NCBI GenBank assembly: GCA_010909165.1
Contig: VJWM01000250.1
Coordinates: 62,001 to 126,000 of the forward strand
Direction: 5' to 3'
Source: Anthoceros angustus
Taxonomy: Eukaryota > Plantae > Anthocerotophyta
Length of the DNA: 64,000 nt
The translations under genes and the position numbers were made by a program. The notes beneath the pieces were generated by a model, which saw nothing but the letters and a program-made list of their open reading frames with translations, searched no databases and was not told the DNA's origin. Below are positions 49,958 through 62,615 of this stretch, in pieces (the first letter of the stretch is position 1; each line of letters begins with the position of its first letter).

Positions 49958-52900
49958 ATGGATGCAGTGTTTCGCAACACGCTGGTGGTGACATTGCCAT
50001 CCACTGACCCGATCCACATGAGACGCAAGTGCAATGGAAATTATAGCGCCTGGGCCCTGCCCGGCTGGATGCAGCAGCGCCCCGCTCACGGTCGGCGTTT
50101 GCGCTTGCAACACTGGAAGTTGACTGCGCCTCAGGCCGAAGCTGGTACCAATAGTAGTGGCGCCATCAGCGCTGCTGGCACAGGTGGTACCAGAGAGGAG
50201 GAGGGCAAGGGCAGCGGCAGCGGCAGCGGCAGCGCTCGCAGCATCTTCCCTCGTCAAGCGACCGCTTTGAAACGTGATGCAGCGCTTGGAACGCCTCTAC
50301 CGGCACCTGATGTGGAAAACGGGGCGATCCAATTGTTGCGCGTTGGCCATAGGCTGCCACACTTCTCTGAAGCCGACATGCTGTCAAGAGATGTTCCTCA
50401 AACCAAGGCCGGGTTGGGCATCGTCACCTTTCTCAAAGACAAACATATTTTTGTCACTGGTGCCACCGGGTTCCTTGCCAAAGGTCGGTCCCTCAACCTG
50501 TTTTCTCTTTTGGCTGCAGCCATCCCAAACTAGAGTGCCTACTGTTTTACAATCGATAAACCAAAACGCTGACGATAGACGAAAGGCATGTATATTTACT
50601 TACTCTTCTTCCTTTCCCTCTCGGTCTTGATCGCAGTGCTCGTGGAGAAAATCCTGAGGGAGCAGCCGGATGTCGGACAGCTCTACCTGCTCATCCAGCC
50701 TCGCAACAAGAAGCCTGAACAAAGGTTGCAAGATGATGTGAGTCTGATAATCTGTAGAGCACCTCTTCCTCCCCTCTCTCAACGTTAATTTGCTGTAGCT
50801 GGCAGACGGTACGCGCAGGACAGCCACTTCATTCCACATGGGGCTACATTATTCATGAAACTCACTCTCGGTCTTTGAAACTGCTGCTCCTCAAGGTCAT
50901 AAATTCGGGACTGTTTGAGGTGCTACGGAAAAGACATGGCGACCGCTTCCAGGAATTCATGGAAAGCAAGCTCACCCTCGTACCTGGCAATATCACTAGC
51001 AGGGGTCTTGGGATGGACCAAAACCTGGCCACCCAGGTTGCGAGCAAGGTTGATATAATCGTCAACTCTGCAGCCAATACCAACTTCGATGCACGGTGAT
51101 ATTTCAAGTCCTCGCCACCATTCCAGCTGCTGAAATCCATCTTAACTTTGAGATATTGTTGTGACATCTGGTGAAGATTGAAAGTGAACCAGCTACACTC
51201 CTCGTATGCAGATACGACACAGCCTTGAACATCAACACCCTCGGACCAAAAAGAGTTCTGGAATTTGGAAAACGCTGCGCACGCCTCCAAATGTTTTTGC
51301 ATGTTTCTACAGGTGAACATTCCCAGCTCCACCCCTCGTACATGAGTTTTAGTCATGAACAGCAGCAATACGACAAAATACCAAGTTTACATCTACAGCC
51401 TCAAGGACTCACGAAACAACCCTGGGTGCATCCCGCAGCATTCGTCAACGGCACCAGGCAAGGTAGGACGCCTGAAATGCCATTTAGGATGGGGGATAGT
51501 ATTGCCAAGGAGAAGTTTGGAGAAGATGCTCCCACGCTTGATCTTGAGAAGGAACTTGAGGATGCAAACAGATTCCTTGATGACCTGCAATACGCCGAGA
51601 GTGAGACTGTCATGACGAAAGTGATGACAGATTTGGGGCTGGAAAGGCGAGTACTCCCTGAACTTTTGTGCACCTGCAACCATACCCTAGCTAGGCATGG
51701 GCCTGCTTGACTCAGTGACAGTGCAGTGTTAACTTCCAGTCCTCGTATCCATGTTCCATGCAGAGCCAAGACTTTTGGGTGGCAGGACACATACGTGTTC
51801 ACCAAGGCCATGGGTGAAATGCTCATAGACCAGGGGCGAGGTAGTATCCCAGTGGCTATAATTCGGCCAAGTGTTGTGGAGAGCACTCTTTCCGAACCAT
51901 TCCCAGGCTGGATGGAAGGGCATCGGTGAGTACTTTTAACTAGTACACAATTCCCTCGCAACCCGTCCATTTACACAAGGACATCCCCCTTTGAGTTATG
52001 AGTATGATTCTGCGAAGCCACCGGCTTGGATCACACAATTCTTTCCTTTGTCATGTCTCCACAGTATGATGGACCCAGTTATCACAGGTTACGGCAAAGG
52101 CCAGCTGAAAGGATTTCTTGCTGAGCGCGAGGCCGTTTTGGATGTGGTACGTACGTTATCTTCAAACTCATCGAAGTTTTGAAGCTGTCGATCGCATTAA
52201 AGCGTATGCCTGCAGGTCCCTTGCGATATGGTTGTCAACGCTATCCTTGCAGCAATAGTGAAGCACAGCCGTCAGCCTGGGCTGGCAATCTATCAAGTGG
52301 CATCATCCGTCGTCAATCCATTGAGTTTGGGCCGGCTTGCCAACATTCTGTATGAATATTTTACCAAGGATCCTCTTCTCACCAGTGACGGGGCCAAGGT
52401 GAAGATCAGGCCAATACACTTCATTCCCAACCTCATGTTGTTCAAGATATTCCTCTATCTCAATTTCACTTTGCCACTACAGGTAAAACACGAGACTTTA
52501 TTGAGACTGAAAACTTTGAGATTTGTTGTTACCTTTTAGCGCTGACAACGCACTTGGTCCAGTATTCTTCATAGCTGTGCTCCCTCCCTTGAACTAAGAC
52601 TGTCGTAACCATGTGTCCAGCTGAGATACATATGGAAAAAGTGGATTGAAATTTTGGGGTCGCTAGCATCTGCCAAGAAACGAGAGACATACTTCTATCG
52701 CCTTGGGAGATTCAAAAAGTCATCTGAGAAGTTTGAGCACTTGGCTGCTCTCTATCAGCCGTATACTTTCTACCAAGGAAGGTGAGGCGCAGCCGCTACG
52801 GTCGAGTCTCACATGCTGACATGCTAGGCTCCTGTGTCAAAAATTTCTGAGGTAGTAATTGGTGCACTGGCAGATTTGACATCACCAACTGTTTGAACCT

Positions 52901-53036
52901 CCAAAATGAGCTGTCTCCGGAGGAACAAGCTAAATTCTGCTTTGATGTGCGCAACATTGACTGGTACCACTATTTATTCACTATTCATGTGCCAGGACTG
53001 CGACAACATGTGATGAAAGGTAGGTTCGACAGCTAA
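49958..53036 (+). CDS. Alcohol-forming fatty acyl-CoA/ACP reductase, MS2/FAR2-like, with long N-terminal extension, multi-exon
   Basis: [31 protein letters not shown]; [11 protein letters not shown]; LHVSTAFVNG; [14 protein letters not shown]; [18 protein letters not shown]; C-terminal FDVRNIDW...HVPGLRQHV. Confidence 0.93.
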
Positions 53037-54902
53037 GGTTGAAAAGGGGATAGAAAGAGAGAAAAAAGAGATTTTCTAGTAGAAAATCGGACAAAGAGTT
53101 CAACAAGTATTTCTATACATGACAATTTTTGTCACAAGAGATCTTTGCTTGTGTTAAAGCATATTTTGTATCACCACAGTTTGAAGAGGAGCAAACTGAC
53201 TATGGAAGCATTTTATATTTGTTAGGGCTTTCCTAAGTTGTTATTCCACTAATAAATAGGTATTGTGTTGTTGTTGCACTTGGGTTATTCAACTCATTAA
53301 TGTTTAACTAAATATTAAACAAACATGGTAAGACCTAACAAAAGAAATCAGCCAGTCATCGACTATGAATCATTTTCACATGAACATAAGTTTTGGGACT
53401 CTTATAATGGTATATGTTAAGTATTTTATTGACTAACATAAGAATCCCTATAATTTGTTTCACAAAAATTTGGATGGAGTAGGCTTTGCAACATATAGAA
53501 AACTTTATTGGCCATGGTAGTGAATAAGATATTAGAGTGCTTACTATGAATCAATTTCTTGCATCGGTACACGAGACAAATAGTGCCAAGCTACACAAAA
53601 CCTTGAGTTATTGCATGCAGTTTGATATAATTAATTTGATTCACTTTACTCATTTCTTGCCATGAGGCTCTTGAAAGAACTTGGATAGAGAACCCATCTA
53701 CCATAGAAGGCTTAGGCAGGATCACAAAGGTGACGGTAAAGTGGACAACTTTAGTAGGCCACTCCTATCCTCTTTGGTACACAATAGTTGATATTAAGTT
53801 GTTTTGATGTGTTAGTCTCTTGCCTAGATTATCAAAATAGACAAAATAGAATAAGAAAATTAGAAAAGTTTTGTGGCGACAAAAAAATATTTTCACAAAT
53901 ATAAAGGATCTACGAACTATGATTAAGTTGTTTATTAATCTTCCTACTAAATCACCGAATGAATAATAAAAGGAAAATAGACTAGCTCTTACATGGTGTG
54001 GACCAACAAAAATTACTTAAACAGGACGAGAATAACTAATATATTAACCTAGATTGCTGAATCGACTCCATATGAGTCGTTGCGCTTACGTTTCCTATCA
54101 TGGTTTGCTTAACGAAGCCTTTGAACTTGATACCTATAGACGAAGTTTGATGGGAGTGTAAGGACCATGCCCGATTTGGCTTATGAAAAACAATCATCTT
54201 TGTCACCAATACAACACATCGAACACTCATCGCAAAGATGCCATCCACTGTTTTCAAGAACCTCTTGTTAGCTTTGGAGAGGTTTTTTTTGTGCGGAGAA
54301 ATGTTTGGCCATGGTAGGGACTCTCGTGGAGCCCGTTTTCGGCAAGCATATATATCGCCCTCTGATAATATGAGCATAAAGTTTGCTTAAACTTTTACGA
54401 TTTATAACATCGTAACCAATCTAAGATGCTTGGGCCCGTGCACTACGCCATGCCCTCATCCATCGCACTCAAAACAATTTGTAACAAGCTTGAGTAGTAG
54501 AAAGTTTTTCAAGGGACATGTAATCGACACCATAGGACACAACCATCAACCTTCATAAGAGAAGAATGAGGAACAAGTTAGTATCACTTAGGGCCGGTAT
54601 ATCTTGTGTGGTGGTATGAGTTGCTAGTTGGCCATTAATTGAACACGTGTACCAAACATGGTTTTACGTATTTCGTCATTTGAATATGGTACATGTAACT
54701 TGACTTCTATATACTCCTTCGAACTTGCCGCCGTTGCCCTTCGAGCTGGCCGCTGTAGCCTTTCAAGCTACCTAATGTATGATATCAAGTTGCTCTTGAT
54801 ACATTATCTCTGAAGATATCTTGGTTGAGTATCTTACACGGGAGAATTCACAATACTCTTCGCCTATTCCCGCATCAAGAACCCATATCCGTTGATTGAT
54901 TA

Positions 54903-55250
54903 CCGTACCCCAAGGGGTGATTCGGCGTTAATTAATTAAAATTAGTAAAAGTTGAAAATCCAGAAATTATTATACTTAAAATATTGAATAGGTAAAAATT
55001 TATGAGTTTATGATGCCAAAAATAAGGAAAATAGGGTTTGTGTGGAAAATTAGGGCCTATTTAGGGGAGATCTATACATATCCATTAGTTTTATATATAC
55101 CTATATATTTTAATAAATATTGAAATTTGATAAAATTATTTTTTGTAAATGTTGAAATTTTGAAAAATATAAATATTTATGTTGAACCTTGTTTTTTTCA
55201 AAAAATAATTATTTCGGCATTATCCTGTTGAACCACCCTTCGAGGTACGG
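54903..55250. mobile_element. 348-bp MITE derived from the pogo family at 32092-33746
   Basis: TA TSD at 54901-54902 and 55251-55252. Terminal inverted repeats CCGTACCCCAAGGGGTGATTC and CCGTACCTCGAAGGGTGGTTC. About 55040-55250 matches about 33530-33746. Confidence 0.9.
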
Positions 55251-55259
55251 TAGTCATAT

Positions 55260-55980
55260 TCTGATGGTGTATATGGTGTATGTCATCCCTCTCGGCCGCT
55301 ACGCAACTCCCTTGCTTATCTCTCTGTTTGAAGGTTTTCTCTCTCTATGTTGGAAGGTTTTGCAGTCACTATGTTGAAGTATATTGCCATGCTTAGGGTC
55401 TCTTATTGTAGCCGACTTGCATGCATTATTTTTGAACATTGGTTTTAACTAAGTGCGCACCAGTTGAGCTGACAAAGGTCTCCCATCTTGATTGTTGGCT
55501 CTTCTCGCCATGTTATTGAAGCCGGCATCGCTCTTGTTAGCCATATTGGCTGTGCTATTCAACTATGTACGACCAGCGGCGACGTGGTAAACCTGCCCTA
55601 AGCTGATGGTGTCTATGGTGTATGTCATCCCTCTCAGCCGCTACGCAGCTCCCTTGCTTATGTTTATGTTTGAAGATTATTATCAACTAGTGTGGAAAAA
55701 CACTTCACATGAGAATTCGGCATAGCATATTACTATTAAATATTGTGCAAACTCTCTTTACATGAGAATATGGCACAACACTTCCATTATTCTTATCTCG
55801 TGTAGAAGTTTTCTCACTTGAGAATAACGCTCAGCAGATTATTATTCACTCATCAATTGTGGAATTGTTATCTACTGCATTTACCGAGGAGGTTTATGGA
55901 GCCATGAGCGGTGTTCTCAAGGGTTTTGGAGCCATGAGCGTGTTCTCAAGGGTTTTGGAGCCATGAGCGGTGTTCTCAAA
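55260..55980. repeat. Small repeats: ~75-bp direct repeat (55260 and 55603) and three ~32-bp tandem units (about 55897-55980)
   Basis: ctgatggtgt.tatggtgtatgtcatccctctc occurs twice; tggagccatgagcg(g)tgttctcaa occurs three times. Confidence 0.8.
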
Positions 55981-56920
55981 GGTCTTCTATACATGATCTT
56001 TTCTAGGGTCTTCTCTAGGTCCTTTTCCAGGGCTCCTCAGTATGATGCGGGCCACCCAATCTGCGCCTATCAAGGACACCCCCTGCCCGATTTGCTCTCA
56101 GCTTTGCTCTGGGGTCAAGGGGGTGAAATGTCACATTGGGCACAAGACAAAGGATTTCGACAAAACTACTTGGGAGGCACAAGTGCGGCTTGCTTCTTCT
56201 TCCAGTGCAGCGGCTCACCCAATCCCTCCAGCCTCCCTTGGGCCGCCGCCAAAGTCAAATTACTGTCTTAGAATTAATTAATTATCATTGTTAGACGTTT
56301 CATCAGAAAAAAATAGCCTGAAAAGCCTCAAGGGCGTTCTGGGTTCTGGGGTTAACCAGGGTTACGTGAGGTCCAGCCAGCCATCAGGCCATCAGGGGGG
56401 CGTGCTGAATTTTTTTTGAAAGCAGTGGGCATCGGGTGGCATCCGGTCGCGAGGAACACGGCAAGCGGCAATGGCGGGCGAAAGGGTATTATTGTATGAA
56501 AACGGTCGGGTTGGCGAAACTGTGGAGACGCGGGAAGCTTTGTTGATGAGGGCCCCAGTTCCCGGCAGGACTTCTTGCTCGGTTGCGCTGTGCTATGCCA
56601 GCTAGTTAGTGTATGGTCTCTTGGCGCTACTGCCCCTGCGTCCGACTTCTCCCTCCTCACTTCCACTCCCACTCCCACTCCCACTCCCCGTAGGCTGTCC
56701 TTGCTCCCGTCCGCGGCCCATCCCCTTCCACCTTCAGCTTCTGCCTGTTCCCAGTCAACTGACCTGAGCAGCAGAGATGGCCCGCTCCTCGTTTCTGCGG
56801 CTGTGGCAGCGGCTGCGGCTACTCCGTCTCTACAGGCCCCCGCTGCTGGGTCCATCTGCGGACTGGTGACTCGTGTTGCCATCAGCCTTGGGCCACAATT
56901 GTCGTTTTCTAGCTGGTGCC

Positions 56921-59900
56921 ATGGCCGACTCCCACAGTAGTTTAGACGAAGACGATAACCTACTTGATAGCCTGCACATCGATGCCAAGCCCTGCTTCGA
57001 CGCCTCCTCCACGCACCATTCCTCATTTCTCCCCAAGTCCGACACCAAAGCCAAAAGGAGGAGCTCCATCCGGCCCAACTTGGAAACTGACGAGCTTATC
57101 AATTTGCTGCATGGTTCTGACCCAGTCAAGGTCGAGTTGAACCGGCTGGAGAACGAACTGAGAGGTTTGTCTTCGAGGCCTTTCATTGCTCATTGTCCCG
57201 ATAGAATGTGCGTACTCACCTCCTCCCCTTCTCAGCATCATCTAGATCCTCTTGGGTAACAGTCTTGCAAAATCTCCGTTTCGGGGCCTCATGTTCATTC
57301 GGATCGCTGTACGGTGCCCTTGTCGCTTGTCTTCTGTTGGCAGACAAGGACCGTGAACTAGCAGAAGCTCAGTCCGAGATCAAGGCCTTGAGATTGGCAG
57401 ACAGGCAAAAGGAGAAGGCGGTAGAAGAGGTGAACCGGGACTCCCAACCCTCTTTCCGTGACTGCTTTAGTGTATTTCGTTCCATTTCCCGTGTGTGGAG
57501 CTTCTTTTCCTGCATACTTTGGGGGGGCGTCCAAAGCAGTGATTCGAATATCCTTTCATTGCTCAGGGATAGGCTTATGCATGCCGTCTAATCGCCCTTT
57601 CTATCTTTCTTGCATGTTTTCATCGTTCCAGCTATACGAGGAGTTAGAGAAAACCGATGAGAAGCTCAAGGCCACAGAGATCTTGTTGGATAACAAGGTC
57701 AGTCAGATTCACGTGCAGCAGTGTAGTTACCCTGTGCCGGACACAGCAAGTTTGTCTGCATTTCTGACACCTTTGATATACTTCAGACGCTTGAGATAAA
57801 GAGAATAAGTGATGAACGGAAAGCAGCACTCGCTGCTCAATTTGCAGCAGAGGCAACCCTCAGGAGAGTACATGCTGCCCAGAAAGATGAAGAGTTGCCG
57901 CCTATTGAAGCTATTCTTGCACCACTTGAAGCCGAGTTGAAGCTTGCAAGACAAGAGGTACTGCATGCTCGATCGACTACCGCAGGCTTAAACTTGCAGG
58001 GGGCTATGAGCCTGAAGGGGCTGCCCTCGTCTGATTGATACTGTGGCTTGTGTATGTACGTAACAGCTCATGCAAAGTTGTCTGGCCGCAGATTGCAAAA
58101 TTACAGGATGACAACCGGGCTCTGGATCGTCTGACTAAGTCGAAAGAGGCTGCCCTGCTTGAAGCAGAGAAGTCCATACAGGTTGCTGAAGCAAAGGCGT
58201 CTCTGGTGGATGACCTGCAAAACCGGAACCAGGAATTATTGAAGCAGATTGAAAATTTACAGGTTGGACGACAACCCCTAGTTCTTGTGCTATTGCATTA
58301 CACAGGATCCGTCACTGACAGTGACAACTTATCTTACAGGAGGAAAACAAAGTACTTGATAAAATGCATCGACAAAAGGTGGCTGAAGTTGAGAAGTTGA
58401 GCACCACTGTTAGTGAGCTTGAAGAAGCTTTGCTTGCTGGAGGTGCTAGTGCAAATACAATAATAGACTGTCAGCGACAGGTTCATCAGCTGGTGGTATG
58501 GCTGAATTGAAAAGTCCACCCCAATTTCTACCCTTACAGAGCACACACTGTTATGCACCTCAGACGTCTACTTTGTTGTCAGGAGGAGAAGAAGACCCTA
58601 GAGAGGGAACTAGCACGGGTGAAAATTACTGCCAACAGAGTGGCTGTGGTCGTAGCAAATGAATGGAAAGATGCCAACGACAAGGTCATGCCTGTACGTC
58701 AGTGGCTTGAAGAGAGGCGGTTCATGCAGGTAGTCACTTTCTTCACTTTGCACTCATTGGTCTGCACGTTTTGTGGTGGTTGCAATGACAAATGGGTTGT
58801 TACTGTTGCTGAATAGGGTGAGATGCAACAATTGCGAGACAAGCTATCAATAGCTGAACGGACTGCTAAAACTGAGCTACAGCTGAAGGTGAGACCAGCA
58901 GCCTGTGGTAGTACAGCCCCCTTGTACCAGTTCTGACAATACATCAAAATGTCTCTTCCTCCCAGGAGAAGTTCCAGCTGAGACTGAAGGTTCTTGAGGA
59001 GGGTTTGAAAACTCCTGCCAATGGTTCATCCCGCAGACTGCTCTCAGCAGGTGCAGATGACGGCTTGAGAAGTGTGGTGAATGGATTCCCTCGCCGACAG
59101 TCCACAGGGTCTGAAGAAGCAATGAAATCATTTGTGAATGGGTTCAGGCGCCAGAGGACTTCATCTCTCTTAAGAGCGTCAGTGTCTGGCTCTCCTATGC
59201 TTAAGAATGGAAAACTCACCTCAAAGTCCTTCGATGGGGGCCGGCCTTCTGAAAGTGGGATAAGAGTGAAGCCCTATGCTAATGGTTTTGAGGACATTCC
59301 AGACAGCAGACTCCAGGAGTCAGGCCCTGTGTCGCTTCCTCCAGAATCAGAGAAAGTTGAATCCCCAGAGTGCAAGGAAGACATGGTTTCCAGTTTGTTA
59401 TATGATGTGCTACAAAAGGAAGTTATTATTCTTAGACGAGCTGGCTATGAGAAAGACCAGAGCCTGAAGGATAAAGACGATGCCATAGAGGTATGTGCTT
59501 GAATACCAGAGAGTTGTAGTGCTCCTGTTTCACATATCGTGGTCACTGTATAGGAGTGGCCCTTCTTAGCTGAAGTGTGGTGCAGATGCTTTCAAAAAAG
59601 GTGGACACTTTGTCTAAAGCTATGGAGGTGGAGGCTAAGAAAATGCGCCGGGAAGTGGCTGCCATGGAGAAAGAAATGCTTGCACTGCGAGCTGACAGGG
59701 ATCAGGAGAGTAGAACTAGACGCCTGAGCTCGGCAAAAGGAGGGCTGCACAGCTCTCTTTCTGGAAGGTTTGTCTTCTGTCCGGCCTTGCCTTTAGTGTA
59801 TACTGTTCTGCAGCTAGCTTAGAGTTGGCCGGGTGGGAGTAGCAGCATCGGGCACAGGAAGTCCGTTACTGTATCTTCTTTTGCTATGCTTGCAATCACC

Positions 59901-59987
59901 AGCAGATGAAAAGCAATAGCCAGCTCATGAGTGGTCGGTATTGACTGCAGCTGCATGTTTGTACGCAGAATTGTGAGAAGCCCCTAA
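56921..59987 (+). CDS. MAP70: Microtubule-associated protein 70 family, multi-exon
   Basis: INLLHGSDPVKVELNRLENELRDKDREL; AAQFAAEATLRRVHAAQKDEELPPIEAILAPLEAELK; ANRVAVVVANEWKDANDKVMPV; KKVDTLSKAMEVEAKKMRRE. Confidence 0.95.
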
Positions 59988-60899
59988 GTTAATGCTTCGT
60001 GGAGACTTGTCTCCTTGTATCAAAGGCAGAATGAATCTGCCGTCAGCATGTACACAAGCGTGCCGAAGGTAGCCGGTGGCGAAGCTTGACTTGGTGATGA
60101 CGAGTTCCCCCTGCTGTGTAACCTTATCTCCTGTCGGATTATTGAATGATGTCGGTCACGTATGACTTGACGTTTAGAACGGTGAAGTAAGAAACAGGAT
60201 GTCTGCATTCAATTATGATCGCCGGCCTTTGACACCGACCTCGCTGTATAGTACTGTATTTGAACGCGCACAGTAATTATTATTTGCCTTGTATTGGGTC
60301 GGATGCTGGCATGTTGTCCCTTTCTTATCGGAGGAGGGTAAGTGGGGACTTAATCCATGCTGGTTATTTAGTGCATGTAAAATGAACCTGGACATTTTGC
60401 AAGCAAGTTCCTCAGTGTAGGTTTTGCAGGTACGGCGCAGACCATAGGTTGCACATCCGGCACGTGTTTATATGTTCATTTTTTGAGGCTTGGGACTGGT
60501 TAGAACAGTAGTTAATTGAAGCAATCGGCTGTTACTCAATGTTATCCAGGCAATAGACAAGGCCCTTATGCTCGTAAGCTATATCGAATTCGAAAAATCT
60601 CTTCATATCCTGCACCAAGTGATTGCATCCCGATTTCGCTGGTCACGTTATGTACCTTGAGAGCAAAGGATCTACCTAGTTAGGAATGATTTGGAAGGAA
60701 TAATATTGTCCTCATTTTCCAACCACAATGACATGACCAGCTATGGTATTGGTGTGGGATGAAAATTACAAAGGTACTTTATGAGCATTAGTTTTGATGG
60801 AAAATACATATTTTTAAAAAATTTCAAAATTTAGAAACATCAAATTAGTAACACCCCATTTCCAACGAGGTGGGGCAGTCACGCAGTTAGCGGCATTAA

Positions 60900-61620
60900 C
60901 ATCACCAGACACCACCACTAGGCCTCCAAGTACCCCGCCGTCCTTCCACGAGACGACTCGCAATCGGCAAGTCAGCCACTGCTCTTTATTCCAGCAAGAG
61001 TCAACAAGTATACATGAGAGATCAGAGAGAGCTCCCCATCTTTGCCTAAGCTAGGAGCTTAGCTCTCTCTTCTCGATCGCCTCCTCAACAACTCTCTTCT
61101 AGCACGCTCACTCTAAGCTCCCAAAGCCTGTGGGCACCTCAGTCCTATCCTCACAAGAGTGTAGCCCTAAGTGCTAGGATCCTCCTAGACATGCTCACAC
61201 TCTAGGCTCCCAAAGCCTGTAGGCACCTCAATCCTATCCGCACGAGTGTAGCTCTAAATGCTAGGATCATAGGATGATCATCTCTAGGGCTAGTCTCATC
61301 TCCTTTTATAGGGAGGCTTATATCATTCCCAAAGTAACTGCCTAAAGCAGTCTATCTTCCTTCAGCCCTAAGCTAAGCCTTACTACCACTACTTACAACT
61401 TACTAAACTAGATCCAGGGCTGCATGCCTCTCATGCAAGGCTTCTTACTTTCTCCCCCAGTGGGAAAAGAATCACTGCCCTTAGTGATAGTCAACGTAAA
61501 TGGCGAAGCCCAAGGTGGAGACACAACCGATCTTCCTCTTGCTATTTACAATCCTCAATAGCTGCAAGCGAATGATGACATCATCCTTCCCAGGACCGAA
61601 AGATAGGATTCACAAAACTA
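60900..61620 (-). mobile_element. Probable LTR remnant with an internal ~110-bp duplication
   Basis: Minus-strand CCTATAAAAGG (about 61305) and AATAAAG (about 60987); ctcccaaagcctgt.ggcacctca occurs twice. Termini not defined. Confidence 0.4.
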
Positions 61621-62196
61621 GCTAGAATGATATACCCTTGCTAGGTGTAGGAGGCTGTTTAGATGTAAGGGCGCGCACAAGTTTGCGCACCAATTTTGTG
61701 TCCAATTTCAAAGAAAAAGCCGAATAAGAATGGGACTTCAGGTTTGTCCCACGTACTTGCAATCTACAATCTCAAAAACCGTTTATTGGAATAATTTTTA
61801 AAAAGCTTGCGGTTGACATGTCTGCAGAGAAATACCAAAAAGGGTGATTATAGCGCCGATTTTTTCATGTGCTAAAAGGGGTCCGGTCACGCTGTTCTAG
61901 CCATGGGATATGGAAGTCCCATTCGGAGACGGGCTGTCCAACCATGGGACATGAGGTCCCAACCCGAGGTTCTTGGGACCGTCCCAGCCATGGGACATGG
62001 CAATCCCTCATTACGGGCTGGTGGAGTTGTCCCGGATACCTACTCGGGACAGAGTCGAGTCCTCAACTTTTCACGACATGCCCCGTTGTACGAGCGACCA
62101 ATAACGATAGGCGCATAGCTCATCTAAACTGGCAGGTGGGCGGTGGGGAGAGCAGAGGACTGATTTTAGCAACACTTGTGGTGGGACAGGTGGAGT

Positions 62197-62353
62197 ATAC
62201 TCGAGACAATCCCAGCCCCGGTCCTAGCCATACTCGGGATAGTCCCAGTCCTAATCTTGGCCATACTCGGGACAGTCCCTGTCTTGGTCTTGGCCATACT
62301 CGGGACAGTCCCAGTCCCGGTCCTGGTCATACTCGGGATAGTCTCAGTCCCAG
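62197..62353 (+). repeat. About five 33-bp tandem units (ATACTCGGGA(C/T)AGTCCC...)
   Basis: Directly visible; gives an 11-aa periodicity in the ORF track. Confidence 0.85.
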
Positions 62354-62615
62354 CGTAGGAGGCTACTCGGAGCACCAGCAGGCCCAATATATTAAGATAT
62401 ATGTGCTGGAATAATGATTAGGGCTTTGGTAGTTAAGTTAAGTTAAATACCTACACACCGGTTCATTAGGGTTACGACGTTTGGATAGCATCGTTTCATA
62501 AGCGGTACATTGTTTAAAACAGTTCTTTTATGAACATATATACACACATATATCAAGAAAATGTAGTTCAATCAATTTATATTAAAACATTCGCATATTT
62601 TCAATTATATTGAAA

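Noticed and set aside
56352-57026. 224-aa antisense ORF at the MAP70 5' end
   Set aside because: GC-rich promoter and UTR shadow ORF overlapping MAP70 exon 1.
61869-62414. 181-aa ORF with HTRDSP repeats
   Set aside because: Explained by the 33-bp DNA tandem repeat; no other coding evidence.
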